A stretch of 64,000 nucleotides of DNA, taken from contig JBGARZ010000012.1 of NCBI GenBank assembly GCA_044229975.1, positions 224,001 to 288,000 on the forward strand, given 5' to 3'. The notes under the pieces were generated by a model. The model ran no database searches and was not told the DNA's origin. It was given only the letters and a program-made list of their open reading frames with translations. The first letter of the stretch is position 1. The number at the start of each line of letters is the position of its first letter. This DNA is from Polyangiales bacterium. Its GTDB lineage: Bacteria; Myxococcota_A; Polyangia; Polyangiales; Ga0077539. Both the position numbers and the translations under genes were made by a program. Positions 8,942 to 19,245 of the stretch are shown one piece after another.

Positions 8942-11404
8942 ATGCGCGTACCGCTCTCCTGGCTGCGTTCGTTTGTCCCCGTCACCCTCGACACCCCCGC
9001 GCTCATCGAGCTGCTCACTCGCGCGGGTCTCGAAGTCGACGCCGTCCACACCGTCGGCGCCCTCGACCCGCAGGTGCGCGTCGGCCGCGTGGTCGCTCGC
9101 AAGAGCGTCAACAACACGCCCCACCTCACCGTCGACGCGGGCCCCGATCACCCTGCGGTCAGCGTCATCACCAAGGCGCCCAACGCCGAGCGCTTCGACG
9201 TCGGCGCTGCCGTCGCCATCGCCCTCCCCGGCGCAACCATCATCGACGGACACGGCGACGACTTCGCCCTCGTCACCGTCGCGACGGCCAAGGTCTACGG
9301 GGTGATGTCCGAGGGCGTTCTGTGCTCTGAGCGCGAGCTCGGCCTCGGCGACGACCACTCCGGGCTCATGGCCCTCCACACCGACGCCCCCAGCGGAACG
9401 CCCCTCTCCACCGTCGTCTCCGTCCCCAAGGACGGCGAGGCCGATGAGGTGCTGGAGGTTGCCATCCTGCCCAACTTCGCGCGCTGCCTGTCCATGGTCG
9501 GCATGGCCCGCGAGGTCGCAGCGCTCACCCACGCCACCGGGAACTACGACGTCGCGCTCGACGACCTCGACGTCGTCCCTGGCGCAGTCGACGCGCTCGT
9601 CACGGCCACCGACTCGTGCCGACGCTTCAGCACGGCGCGCGTCGAAGGCGTGCGGGTGGTCGCGTCGCCGCGGTGGATGCAGCGGCACCTCGTTCTGGCG
9701 GGCGTGACGGTCATCGACCACCTCGTCGACGTCACCAACTACTGCATGATCGAGCTCGGGCAGCCGATGCACGCCTACGACATCGCGCGCCTCGGGGCAC
9801 CGACGGTGGGCCTGCGCCGGTCGCGCGCGGGCGAGTCCATGCGGCTGCTCCACCAGAAGGCCGACGAGGCGCCCGCGGTGCTGCCGGACAACACGCTGGT
9901 CATCACGGCGGCCGACAAGCCCGTCGGCGTGGCCGGAGTGATGGGCGGGGCGGACACTGCCATCGGCAAGGACACCACGGCGGTGCTGCTGGAGAGCGCG
10001 TGCTTCGACTGGCCGGCGGTGCGGCGCAGCAGCGCGGCGCTGAAGATACACACCGACGCCTCGACGCGGTTCGCGAGGGGTGTGGACCCGACGCTGAGCG
10101 GGCGGGCGATTCGTCGCGCGGTGAAGCTGTGGCGCGAGTGGTCGTCGCCCGACTTGAAGGTGACCGCGACGGGCGACTGGCAGCGGGCGCCCATCACCGA
10201 AGGGGTGGTCGGGTTTACCCTGTCGGGTATCGCCGGGTTGCTCGGACTCGAAGTGAAGCGCGACGAGCTGACGGCTGCGCTCGCCCAGGTGGGCATCGCG
10301 GTGCGCGACGCGGGCGGGGCGTTGGAGGCGGTGGTTCCGCCGGGGCGCGAGGACGTGACGCGGCCGTGCGACATCGCCGAGGAGTTCGCGCGGGTGACGG
10401 GCTTCGATCGCATCCCGGAGACGATGCCGTCGGAGGCGCTGCCCTTTCACACGCCGTCGCGGCGGTACGCGCTGCGCGAGGGGCTGCGCGATGCCCTCGT
10501 GCGCGGCGGGATGCAGGAGCTGCTGACCTACTCGCTCATCGCGCCGGAGTCGGAGTCGCTGCTGGGCGCAGAGCCCGCCGAGACGCCGCGGCTGCGGGTG
10601 ATGAACCCCATCAACGTCAACCGCACCACGCTGCGGCGCACGCTGCTCGCGGGGCTCATGGAGACGCTGCGCGAGAACCACCGGCACACGCCCGACGCGC
10701 AGGTGTTCGAGATCGGCGCGGTGTTTCTCCCGGAGGAGCCGTCGCCGTATGGGCGCGGGTTGCCTGCGGAGAAGCTGCGGGTGTCGTTTGCGCTGCTGGG
10801 CCGCGTCGACCGCACCTCGCTGCACGGCGGAACCAACCGCGACGCCGACTACTTCGACGGCGCCGCGGTGGTGGAGCACCTGCTGCGCGCGCTGCGGTTG
10901 GGTGACGTGGCGGTGGAGGCCGACGAGGGCGCGCCGTGGCAGCCGGGGCTCTGCGCGACGCTGCGACGCGGCGGGAAGAGCTACGGGCGTTTCGGGGTGG
11001 TGCACCCGGACGTGTGCGCGCGCTTCGACCTGGAGGGCAAGCGCGTGGTGGCGGGTGAGCTCGACCTCGATGCGTTGCTGGATGTGGCGGGGACGACGTT
11101 CAAGACGGCGGCGCCGCCGAGGTATCCGTCGCTGCCCATCGACGTGTCGATGTTCGTGGAGAAGGGCGTGAGCGCGGGCCAGGTGGTGCGCGCGGCGCTG
11201 GGCGTCGGCGACGCGCTGCTGAAGGGCGTCACGGTGATCGATGAGTTCAGCGGGGCGCAGGTGCCGGAGGGGATGCGGTCGCTGACGGTGCGGCTGGACA
11301 TCAACGCGCCCGACCGGAACCTCACGGTGGCGGATGCGACCGCGGTGCGCGCGGCGGTGACGGCGGCGCTGACGAAGGACCTGCGCGCGCAGGTTCGGGA
11401 GTAG
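8942..11404 (+). CDS. pheT: Phenylalanine-tRNA ligase beta subunit
   Basis: MRVPLSWL start, SEGVLCSERELGL, VDVTNY..ELGQPMHAYD, DIAEEFARVTGFD, C-terminal anticodon-binding domain; directly after pheS. Confidence 0.97.
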   Translation: MRVPLSWLRSFVPVTLDTPALIELLTRAGLEVDAVHTVGALDPQVRVGRVVARKSVNNTPHLTVDAGPDHPAVSVITKAPNAERFDVGAAVAIALPGATIIDGHGDDFALVTVATAKVYGVMSEGVLCSERELGLGDDHSGLMALHTDAPSGTPLSTVVSVPKDGEADEVLEVAILPNFARCLSMVGMAREVAALTHATGNYDVALDDLDVVPGAVDALVTATDSCRRFSTARVEGVRVVASPRWMQRHLVLAGVTVIDHLVDVTNYCMIELGQPMHAYDIARLGAPTVGLRRSRAGESMRLLHQKADEAPAVLPDNTLVITAADKPVGVAGVMGGADTAIGKDTTAVLLESACFDWPAVRRSSAALKIHTDASTRFARGVDPTLSGRAIRRAVKLWREWSSPDLKVTATGDWQRAPITEGVVGFTLSGIAGLLGLEVKRDELTAALAQVGIAVRDAGGALEAVVPPGREDVTRPCDIAEEFARVTGFDRIPETMPSEALPFHTPSRRYALREGLRDALVRGGMQELLTYSLIAPESESLLGAEPAETPRLRVMNPINVNRTTLRRTLLAGLMETLRENHRHTPDAQVFEIGAVFLPEEPSPYGRGLPAEKLRVSFALLGRVDRTSLHGGTNRDADYFDGAAVVEHLLRALRLGDVAVEADEGAPWQPGLCATLRRGGKSYGRFGVVHPDVCARFDLEGKRVVAGELDLDALLDVAGTTFKTAAPPRYPSLPIDVSMFVEKGVSAGQVVRAALGVGDALLKGVTVIDEFSGAQVPEGMRSLTVRLDINAPDRNLTVADATAVRAAVTAALTKDLRAQVRE

Positions 11405-11451
11405 GCCCCCACTTCCGATCGCGGGGGGGCCGGTGGTAAGGGGTCGGGACG

Positions 11452-12372
11452 ATGTCCCGAACGACCTTGCTTGCGAACCGATGGATGTTGATGGCCGCGC
11501 TGCTCGTGGGGGGCGCCGCGTGCGCGACCGGCAACGGCTCGGACAACGGGATCGACCCGGTGGCCGACGGCGGCTTCGACAAGGAGGACACGGGGACGGA
11601 GAAGGATGCCGGGTTCGTCGAGGACCGGTACTTCCCGAAGGACACGGGCGCAGCGACCGAGGACGTCGGTGAGGCCGATGCGGGCGCGATGGACAGCGGG
11701 GTGGTTGATCCGCCGGACGTCGGGGTCGACAGCGGAGCGCGCGACGTCCAGGTGGCGGACACCGGGACGCGGGACACGGGTGTGTTGGACGCAGGGCCGC
11801 GAGACGTCGGGACGCCGGACACCGGGGTGATCGACAGCGGGCCGCGAGACGTGGGGACACCGGACACGGGACCGCGGGACACGGGCGTGATCGATACGGG
11901 ACCCGTGGACACCGGGCCGAGGGACACGGGGACACCCGACGTTGGGACGCCGGACGTGCCGCCGGCGTGCGTTCCGATCACGGAGGTCTTCAACGGGCGT
12001 GATGACGACTGCGACGGGGTCGTCGATGAGGGGTTCACGACCAACGGTATCGAGATCACGTGCACGGCCAACCTGCCGACGCTGCCGGACTCGGACATCG
12101 ACGACGGCGGTGGGACGGGCAGTCGCGACGGGCTGGAGGGCTTCTGCGTGCGCGGGATCCTGCGCTTCTGCCTGACAGGCGAGGCGTGCCCGTGGCGCGG
12201 CGGAGCGACGACGACGGACGACCTCCAGACGTGCTCACCGGCTGGGCTGGTCGGGCCGTCTTACTTCATGGCGTATTACCGCACCGGGTGGTTCTACTCG
12301 GGCGCTGGGCGCTACGACGAGTGGTACTGCCCGCCCAACGGGCGCCTGCGGATGGCGCTGCGACCGTTCTGA
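11452..12372 (+). CDS. Lipoprotein with Asp/Thr/Gly/Pro repeat stalk and putative metal-binding motif
   Basis: Lipobox GGAAC, repeated DTG/PRDVG units, then EVFNGRDDDCDGVVDEG, a motif common in myxobacterial surface proteins. Confidence 0.75.
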   Translation: MSRTTLLANRWMLMAALLVGGAACATGNGSDNGIDPVADGGFDKEDTGTEKDAGFVEDRYFPKDTGAATEDVGEADAGAMDSGVVDPPDVGVDSGARDVQVADTGTRDTGVLDAGPRDVGTPDTGVIDSGPRDVGTPDTGPRDTGVIDTGPVDTGPRDTGTPDVGTPDVPPACVPITEVFNGRDDDCDGVVDEGFTTNGIEITCTANLPTLPDSDIDDGGGTGSRDGLEGFCVRGILRFCLTGEACPWRGGATTTDDLQTCSPAGLVGPSYFMAYYRTGWFYSGAGRYDEWYCPPNGRLRMALRPF

Positions 12373-12438
12373 CCAAAGCGCTTCTCACCTTCCACTGCCT
12401 CGACATCACCGCCGCGCGCGCGGACCATCCCTCTCGCG

Positions 12439-14190
12439 ATGACCTCCCCCGCGCTCGACCTCGCCATCAACGACGGCCTCTTCTTCGACGGCACCGGCGC
12501 CCCGGCTCGCTCGGTGAGCGTCGGCATCCGCGACGGCCTCGTCGCCGAGCTGCGCGACACTCCCTTCACCGCCGCCGAAGCGCGCGAGCTCATCGACGCT
12601 CGCGGCCGCTGGGTGATGCCCGGCTTCGTCGACCTGCACACCCACTACGACGCCGAGCTCGAAGCCGCGCCCGCGCTGTCCGAGTCGCTGCGCCACGGGG
12701 TCACTACGCTGCTCGTCGGGAGCTGCTCGCTCGGCACGGTGCTCTCTTCGCCGCTCGACATCGCCGACATGTTCACGCGCGTCGAGGCCATCCCCCGCGA
12801 GCACGTTCTCCCCATCTTCGAGTCCAGGAAGACCTGGAACACCCCGCGCGAATACCGCGACCACCTCGACTCGCTCCCGCTCGGTCCCAACGTCGCGGCC
12901 TTCCTCGGTCACTCCGACCTGCGGTGCTCCGTCATGGGCCTGGAGCGCTCCGTCGCCGACGACGCCCGCCCCACCGCCGACGAACAGCGCGCCATGGAGC
13001 GCACCCTCTCCGACGCCCTCGACGCGGGCTTCGTGGGCCTCTCGGTCAACACCAACTTCTGGGACAAGCTCGGCGGAACCCGCCTGCGCTCCCGCCCCCT
13101 CCCCGGCGCCTACGCGAGCTGGCGCGAGATCGACCGCCTCGCCGCCGTCGTGCGCGACCGCGACCGCGTGCTCCAGGGCATTCCCAACATCTCCAGCAAG
13201 TACGACGCGCTGCTTCTCTTCTGGGAGAGCCTCGGGGTGTTTCGGAAGAAGCTGCGGACGACCATCGTCTCGATGGCGGACGTTCGCTCCAACCGGCTGA
13301 TCTATCGGGTGCTCGGTTGGATGACCCGCGTCGCCAATACCCTCTTCGGTGGTGACGTTCGCTTCCAGGCGCTGCCGGTTCCGTTTCAGATGTACGTCGA
13401 CGGGCTCGACGCGCCCATCTTCGAGGAGATCGGCGCGGGCACCGCGGCGCTGCACATCGAAGAGATGGCCGAGCGCACGGAGCTGCTGCGCGACCCGAAG
13501 TACCGCGCGTGGTTTCGCCGACAGTGGACCAGCTTCCTGATGCCGCGCGTGTACCACCGGGATTTCCGCGACTCGAAGGTGGTCGAGTGCCCTGATGCGT
13601 CGCTCGTGGGGCGCTCGTTTGCCGACATCGCGAAGGAGCGCGGGACCGACGCGGTGGAGGTGTTTCTCGACCTGTGCGCCGAGCACGGGGCGAAGCTGCG
13701 GTGGTTTACGACCATCGCCAACGACCGACCCGATCACCTGCGCAACATCGTCGCGCACCCCGACGTGCTGGTGGGCTTCTCCGATGCGGGGGCGCACCTG
13801 CGCAACATGGCCTTCTACAACTTCGCGCTCTTCGCACTTCGCATGGCGCGGGACGCGAAGCGCGATGGGGTGGAGTTCATGAGCATCGAGCGCGCGGTGC
13901 ACCGGTGCACGGGGGAGATCGGTGCGTGGCTGGGGCTCGACGCGGGGCGGCTGGCGGTGGGGTCGCGGGCCGACGTGGTGGTGGTCGACCCGGCGAAGCT
14001 CGACGAGATCGACAACATGGTCGAAGCGCCCATGGCGGAGTTTGGCGGGCACGTTCGGATGGTGCGGCGCAACGACGGCGCGGTGCCTGCGGTGGTGGTG
14101 CGCGGACGGGTCGCGCTGCGCGATGGGGTGCTGGCGGAGGCCTTGGGGCGAGAGAAGGGCTTTGGCGGGTTTCTCGCAGCGGGGCTCTGA
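12439..14190 (+). CDS. N-acyl-D-amino-acid deacylase family amidohydrolase
   Basis: FFDGTG, VMPGFVDLHTHYD, HGVTT, SDAGAH, GRLAVGSRADVVV. Confidence 0.9.
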   Translation: MTSPALDLAINDGLFFDGTGAPARSVSVGIRDGLVAELRDTPFTAAEARELIDARGRWVMPGFVDLHTHYDAELEAAPALSESLRHGVTTLLVGSCSLGTVLSSPLDIADMFTRVEAIPREHVLPIFESRKTWNTPREYRDHLDSLPLGPNVAAFLGHSDLRCSVMGLERSVADDARPTADEQRAMERTLSDALDAGFVGLSVNTNFWDKLGGTRLRSRPLPGAYASWREIDRLAAVVRDRDRVLQGIPNISSKYDALLLFWESLGVFRKKLRTTIVSMADVRSNRLIYRVLGWMTRVANTLFGGDVRFQALPVPFQMYVDGLDAPIFEEIGAGTAALHIEEMAERTELLRDPKYRAWFRRQWTSFLMPRVYHRDFRDSKVVECPDASLVGRSFADIAKERGTDAVEVFLDLCAEHGAKLRWFTTIANDRPDHLRNIVAHPDVLVGFSDAGAHLRNMAFYNFALFALRMARDAKRDGVEFMSIERAVHRCTGEIGAWLGLDAGRLAVGSRADVVVVDPAKLDEIDNMVEAPMAEFGGHVRMVRRNDGAVPAVVVRGRVALRDGVLAEALGREKGFGGFLAAGL

Positions 14191-14413
14191 CACCAGGCGG
14201 GCTGTCAGGCGCCCTTGTTCCTGGCGTCCCAGACCTTCGGCTCCCAGAGCTCAACCTTGTTGTCGTCGGGGTCCATGATCCACGCGAACTTGCCGTTTTC
14301 GTGCGACTCGGGGCCCGAGATGACCTTCACACCTGCCGCCCGCAGTTGCGCCGTAAGCGCTGCACGAGCCCGCGTTCTTCCGTTGTCGATTCGTCGGAGG
14401 CAGGGTTCGCGGT

Positions 14414-14755
14414 ATGGCGATTGTCTCTTCCAGAAAGATGTCCGGTTCGGTTCCTTCCACGGTGCAGCGATGGCGAGAGCGGGTGGACGCATGGCGGACG
14501 AGCGGCCTGACGGCGGACGCGTTCGCCGCGGGCCAGACGTTCTCCGCAAGCACGTTGCGCTGGTGGTCGAGCCGTCTTGGGCGCGCACCGTCGGTCGCGT
14601 TCCTGGAGTTGCTGCCACGCCCCTCGACGGCGTCGCCTCCGCCTTCCTGTGACCTGGTGATCGAGGTGGGCCCCGCACGCGTCCGCGTCACGCCGGGCTT
14701 CGACCCGACCCTCCTGACCGCCGTGGTGCGCGCTCTCGCCGAGGGGGCGCGATGA
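14414..14755 (+). CDS. tnpA: IS66 accessory protein TnpA (HTH)
   Basis: WRERVDAWRTSGLTADAFA...STLRWW pattern; first ORF of the IS. The start may be 14438. Confidence 0.85.
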   Translation: MAIVSSRKMSGSVPSTVQRWRERVDAWRTSGLTADAFAAGQTFSASTLRWWSSRLGRAPSVAFLELLPRPSTASPPPSCDLVIEVGPARVRVTPGFDPTLLTAVVRALAEGAR

Positions 14756-15105
14756 TCCCCGTCGGGGTTCAGGTCTTCGTCGCGCTCGAGCCCGTCGATC
14801 TGCGCTCGGGCTTCGAGCGCCTCGCGGGCCTCGCCCTGCAACACACCGGCTACGACGCGCGCAGCGGGGCGCTCTTCGTCTTCGTCGGCCGGCGAGGCAC
14901 GGCCGCGAAAGTACTGTTCTTCGACGGCACCGGGCTGTGCCTGTTCCACAAGCGCCTCGATCACGGCGTCTTCCGCGTGCCGGTGGCGGCGCCCGGCGCG
15001 ACCCATCTGGAGATCGACGAGGCGACCTTCGAGACGCTGCTCGATGGACTCGCCATCGCGCCAGAGACCGCCCCCGCACGACCGCCGCGGCGCCGTCTGC
15101 AATGA
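14752..15105 (+). CDS. tnpB: IS66 accessory protein TnpB
   Basis: PVDLRSGFERL, LFVF, KVLFFDGTGLCLFHKRL; ATGA overlap with tnpA. Confidence 0.95.
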   Translation: MIPVGVQVFVALEPVDLRSGFERLAGLALQHTGYDARSGALFVFVGRRGTAAKVLFFDGTGLCLFHKRLDHGVFRVPVAAPGATHLEIDEATFETLLDGLAIAPETAPARPPRRRLQ

Positions 15106-15155
15106 ATCTTACCTGATGATGTAAGATTCACTCGACAACGGATCACGCGCTGCCT

Positions 15156-16937
15156 ATGGGTCGCGCGATGTCTCCGCGCACTCCCTCGACGACTCCGCCC
15201 ACCGACGCGGCGCGCCTCACGGAGCTCGAGCGGGAGAAGGCCGCGCTGACCGAGCGCCTCCACGACACGGAGGTCTCACTGGAGCGCGTGCGACGGGCGT
15301 ACACGCACGCGCTCGAGCAACTCCAGCTGATGCGTCGTCGGCTCTACGTGGCCTCCGCCGAGCGCGCCGAGGTGGACGCCACGCAGCTCGCCTTCGACGC
15401 GATGTTCGACCAGGTCCAGTCGCTCTCCAAGGCGCTCGACGCGGCCGCGCTGGCCGAGGGCGACGAGGGCGGGGAGGACGACGAGGCGGGCGCCAAGACC
15501 AAGCGCAAGCGCAAGACGCCGCCGACGGGCCGCCGCGACCTCGCCGAGACGGACCTGCCCGTCGTTCGCGTCGAGCTGATCGACCCGGAGATGGAGGGGA
15601 CGGCCGAGCGCATCGGCTTCGAGGAGAGCTCGCGGCTCGGCTATGAGCGCGGCGGCGCGCGGCGCATCGTCGTCGCCCGCGCCGTCTACAAGGTCGCCGA
15701 GACGGCGGTTGAGCCTGCGGCGGATGCTTCAGCGGAGTCGTCGCCGACGTCCGAGACGCCGCCCTGCTTCGTCACCACGCCGCTGCCGCGGGAGCTGTTC
15801 CGGCGGGCCTTGCTGGCGCCCTCGATGATCGCCCACGTGCTGGTGAGCAAGTACCTGTTGGGCGTGCCCTTCTACCGCCTGGAGCAGAGCTTCGCGCTCC
15901 AGGGCTTCACGCTCGATCGCGGCACCATGAGCCGCTACGCCGAGGACGTCGGCGCGACCCTCGGCGCGATCGTCGAGGCCGCCCGCGACGAGGCGATGCG
16001 CACCGCCTTCTGTCTCTCCACCGACGCCACCGGCGTGCGCATCCAGCCCGGTCCGCTGCAAGAGCGCCAACGTGGCCCCTGTCGCAAAGGGCACTTCTTC
16101 GTGGTGCTCGCCGACCGCGACCACGTCTTCTTCGAGTATCAGGAGCGGCACACCTCGGCGGCGGTCTGCTCGATGTTCAAGGGATACTCGGGCTACCTCC
16201 AAGCCGACGCCCACGCCGTCTACGACGCCCTCTTTGCGGGTCGGCCGCCCGTCGGAAAGCCGCCCGATCCCGAGCAGGGCCCGCCCCCCAAGGAGGTCGG
16301 CTGCTGGAGCCACTGCCGCCGCGGGTTCTGGGAGGCCGCCGTCTGCAAGCAGGCGATCGGCGTTGAAGGTCTGCGCCGCATCGACGCGATCTTCGCCGCC
16401 GACCGCGCCCTGGCCGACCTGCCGCCGGCGCTTCGCAAGCGGCGTCGGGAGGAGCGCGTGCGCCCGTTCGTGGACGCCTTCTTCGCGTGGGTCGAAGCCG
16501 AGGCCGTCGTGCCTCGTCCGCGGGGCTACGCCACGTCCGCCCTCGGTTACGCGAGGAACCAGGTCGGCCCCTTGCGGCGCTTCCTGGAAGACGGTCGATT
16601 GCGACTGGAGAACAACGGGTCGGAGCGGGCGCTGCGGCCCATCGCTTCGGCGCGCAAGTCGTGGCTCTTCTTCGGCAGTGACGACCACGCCTCGGCCGCC
16701 GCCAACCTCTTCTCGCTGGTGGCCTCCTGCAAGCTCCACCGGCTCGATCCCGAGAGCTACCTCGCCGACGTCCTGCGCGTCATGGCGTACTGGCCTCGCG
16801 CTCGGTACCTCGAGCTCGCACCCCGGTACTGGGCCGAGACCCGCGGACGACTCGACGCCACCGAGCTCGCGCGGCCCCTCGGGCACGTGACCGTCCCCCC
16901 GCCGCGCGCGGCGGAAGAAGAGACGACGACCGACTGA
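15156..16937 (+). CDS. tnpC: IS66 DDE transposase TnpC
   Basis: KYLLGVPFYR, DATG, GYLQADAHAVY, CWSHCRR, NNGSERALR, SCKLHRLDPESYL. Confidence 0.96.
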   Translation: MGRAMSPRTPSTTPPTDAARLTELEREKAALTERLHDTEVSLERVRRAYTHALEQLQLMRRRLYVASAERAEVDATQLAFDAMFDQVQSLSKALDAAALAEGDEGGEDDEAGAKTKRKRKTPPTGRRDLAETDLPVVRVELIDPEMEGTAERIGFEESSRLGYERGGARRIVVARAVYKVAETAVEPAADASAESSPTSETPPCFVTTPLPRELFRRALLAPSMIAHVLVSKYLLGVPFYRLEQSFALQGFTLDRGTMSRYAEDVGATLGAIVEAARDEAMRTAFCLSTDATGVRIQPGPLQERQRGPCRKGHFFVVLADRDHVFFEYQERHTSAAVCSMFKGYSGYLQADAHAVYDALFAGRPPVGKPPDPEQGPPPKEVGCWSHCRRGFWEAAVCKQAIGVEGLRRIDAIFAADRALADLPPALRKRRREERVRPFVDAFFAWVEAEAVVPRPRGYATSALGYARNQVGPLRRFLEDGRLRLENNGSERALRPIASARKSWLFFGSDDHASAAANLFSLVASCKLHRLDPESYLADVLRVMAYWPRARYLELAPRYWAETRGRLDATELARPLGHVTVPPPRAAEEETTTD

Positions 16938-17304
16938 CGACGGGGAGTCCATGCGTCCGTGCATCGTGGCGATTGAGACTCGCCACGTCGAGAACGCGGG
17001 CTCGTGCAGCGGTTACGTTGCGCCAGCAGCCCATCGAGGTCGTCGACCCGGTAGTTGATCATGAAGGAAGACGAGCTCGGGCTGAACCACTGGCTGTCCT
17101 TATTCGCGACATGCCACACGGTAAGTCCCTGATCATCGGCCTTGTCGTCTGGCCACTTCAGAACGGCGCCGCCAAAGTCTTCCAGCGCCATGCCCAGATG
17201 CTCCCGATACCACGCGGCAAGGGCAGTGTGGTCGCCCTTGCTCTTGAAGAAGACGCCGCCGATTCCGGTAACCTTCGCCATCGTAAAGCCTTCCTGATTC
17301 CTCG

Positions 17305-17339
17305 TAGCCGCCGATGTCTCGCAGCGAGCGACGTTCAGC
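17305..17339 (-). other. Decayed attC remnant
   Basis: R''-like GCTGAAC overlaps the upstream gene's TGA and is followed by a fragment resembling the attC arm (GCTGCGAGACATCGG); no intact R'. Confidence 0.4.
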
Positions 17340-17997
17340 CATCAGTCGGCCGAAGTGATCGCAGCCACCGAGGGTAGTCCTGTGCGTAGTAGCCGACCAG
17401 AGTGCCGGGGAGCTTCGCCCGCGCCGCATCGACGCCTTCCGCCTTGTAGCAACGCCGGATACGCTCCCGCTCCTCGTCCAGCGTGGTGCGCTCCTCCAGC
17501 GTGGGCATTCGTCGGAGGCGGCCCATTGGGCGAGGAATCGGGGCGAGCAGGCGCCGAACTCGCTCGGCCTGGATCATGAACTCCTCGTCGCCCGGCGCGG
17601 CAGCGCGACCCTCGATCGCGCAGACGGCGCAGTCCACGATCCACTGCTTGTGCCCGGACACCTTGTTACGGACCGAGAGCAACGGCGCCAGAAACTCCTC
17701 CCGTGGTTCGAGCATCGCCAGCCATGCTCCCCAGACAACACCCCGCCACGTCAGCTCGAATAGAAGCATTTCGAAGAAGCCGCGGTTCAGAACGCCGAGG
17801 TTGCGAAGGCAGGTGTAGAAGAACTCCAGGGGCTCGATCTGGAGCGCGGGATAGTCGCCGAGGGCCGCGGCGCACTCTTCACCAGCCTCAAGCTGCCACT
17901 TCAGGTGCCTGAGCGCCGAGGCGGGCTTCGCCATGACCAGATACCGACTCGCGCGGAGGAAGTGTGCAACGTCCTCGCGGTAAGGTCGTTCGGTCAT
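17335..17997 (-). CDS. Cassette-region hypothetical protein, possibly DUF6000-like
   Basis: Same orientation as the other cassettes; LLFELTWRGVVWGAWLAM resembles that family; start uncertain. Confidence 0.6.
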   Translation of the reverse strand: MTERPYREDVAHFLRASRYLVMAKPASALRHLKWQLEAGEECAAALGDYPALQIEPLEFFYTCLRNLGVLNRGFFEMLLFELTWRGVVWGAWLAMLEPREEFLAPLLSVRNKVSGHKQWIVDCAVCAIEGRAAAPGDEEFMIQAERVRRLLAPIPRPMGRLRRMPTLEERTTLDEERERIRRCYKAEGVDAARAKLPGTLVGYYAQDYPRWLRSLRPTDG

Positions 17998-18068
17998 CTG
18001 CGTCTGCCCAAGGTAATGAGATTCAGCCGCCGCCACTAGAGCGCGACCACCCGGTGTCTTCGCCGTCG

Positions 18069-18494
18069 TCACTGCGGGGGCGCCTTCCATCCATGGCTCA
18101 CCAACCACGCGATCAACTCGCCGGGGTGGACGAGTCGTGCATCGCTGCTCCAGCCGCGCCAGCGGATGAAGTCAGGATGGATGTAGCTCACGGTGGCGAG
18201 CAACTCGCGGCCGACAACGAAGTTCAAATCGAGAACCCCAGGTGTCATCAGAACCGACCCTTCTGCGAAGGATCGGTCATCCACCTCGATGCAACGCCGC
18301 AGGTGCTCCAGCGCTGCAGAATCTGTTGCAACGAACAACGGCTTCGTGCGGCCGCGATGGCGCGGGTCGAGCTCTCCGACGTGGGTAACTCGCACGGACG
18401 TCGCGTTCGTGATCGCGGTGGTGAGGGCTGCGGAGTTCACGATTGGTGACCTCCCGGACCTTGAAGGGCTGGTGTCATCACGGCGCTCGGCCAT
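18069..18494 (-). CDS. Cassette-region hypothetical protein
   Basis: ORF in cassette orientation with globular-looking sequence (FIRWRGWSSDARL...LIAWL). Confidence 0.6.
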   Translation of the reverse strand: MAERRDDTSPSRSGRSPIVNSAALTTAITNATSVRVTHVGELDPRHRGRTKPLFVATDSAALEHLRRCIEVDDRSFAEGSVLMTPGVLDLNFVVGRELLATVSYIHPDFIRWRGWSSDARLVHPGELIAWLVSHGWKAPPQ

Positions 18495-18545
18495 GAAAAC
18501 GAGGGGACGCCGGATCGATTGGTGGCGCAAGGCGCCTCACGGCAT

Positions 18546-18608
18546 CGCAGCACCTCAGGCAGATTGGTGGGCACATTGGAAGCGGTCGGCACCATCGGCT
18601 TGTTCGGC
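18546..18608 (-). other. Partial attC (R''/L'' half intact, R' half lost)
   Basis: Minus strand GCCGAAC-AAGCCGATGGTGCCGACCGC matches the array consensus; the complementary arm is replaced. Confidence 0.75.
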
Positions 18609-18631
18609 AGGTCTTGCATCGAGACCACGTC

Positions 18632-19225
18632 CTACCTTCTCGCGAGCCTCATTGACATACCGGGCATGTTCGGGACCCACGCCAAATCGCCGCACCGCTG
18701 CCTCTCGGCTGGGTTTGCCTGGCGCTCTTCGTAAAGCTTCTGCCAGCGTTCGAGTTCCGCCTCGTAGCCATCTACCATCTTGAACACCCACGTAGCGAAT
18801 GACAGCGGCGGTCGAGCGACCTGATCAGCCTCGTCATCACCACCGAAACCGCTCCACACCAACGGATCGTCCGCTCCGAACTGGGCCGCCATGAGCATAC
18901 CGCTGTGACAGTGGAAAGAAAACACCAGACTCTCGACCCCTTTTCGAGTCTCGATTGGAGGCTCTGAATCTTCAGACATATTTCGTAGAAATACCTCCCC
19001 GTCCATCGTTGCCTCGAGAAAGCAAGCCAGCGGCAAGCACGAGTAGAACTCCCGCAAAGCGCGCGGCACGTGGTGCCCGCAACTGGACTCGAACTCCGCC
19101 AGACCGACCTCTGTCCCGAGCCTCAAGAACCAGTCAGGCACTTGATCTCGGAGCGCGATGACCTCGGGGTAGCGGAAGTAGCCACGCGCTTCCGCAAGCT
19201 CAAACGCGCGCTTCAGGTGGTACAT
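18632..19225 (-). CDS. SMI1/KNR4 (SUKH) family protein, cassette gene
   Basis: LAEFESSCGHHVPRALREFY, DDPLVW, SFATWV fit the SUKH pattern; GGAG RBS just after the attC. Confidence 0.75.
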   Translation of the reverse strand: MYHLKRAFELAEARGYFRYPEVIALRDQVPDWFLRLGTEVGLAEFESSCGHHVPRALREFYSCLPLACFLEATMDGEVFLRNMSEDSEPPIETRKGVESLVFSFHCHSGMLMAAQFGADDPLVWSGFGGDDEADQVARPPLSFATWVFKMVDGYEAELERWQKLYEERQANPAERQRCGDLAWVPNMPGMSMRLARR

Positions 19226-19245
19226 AGGGTCTCCACTCCGCCCGC

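Larger units (their letters stand above)
14353..17016 (+). mobile_element. IS66 family insertion sequence, 2664 bp
   Basis: 26-bp terminal inverted repeats GTAA(G/C)CGCTGCACGAGCCCGCGTTCT with one mismatch; 8-bp target duplication GTTGCGCC at 14345-14352 and 17017-17024; three ORFs in IS66 order. Confidence 0.97.
14205..17281 (-). pseudogene. VOC/glyoxalase family gene interrupted by IS66
   Basis: 5' part 17017-17281 (MAKVTGIGGVFFK...INYRVDDLDGLLAQ) and 3' part 14205-14352 (LRAAGV...GKFAWIMDPDDNKVELWEP) rejoin in frame when the IS and one target copy are removed. Confidence 0.93.

Noticed and set aside
14752..15105. TnpB as an RNA-guided IS200/IS605 nuclease
   Set aside because: This is the unrelated 117-aa IS66 accessory TnpB; no RuvC motifs.
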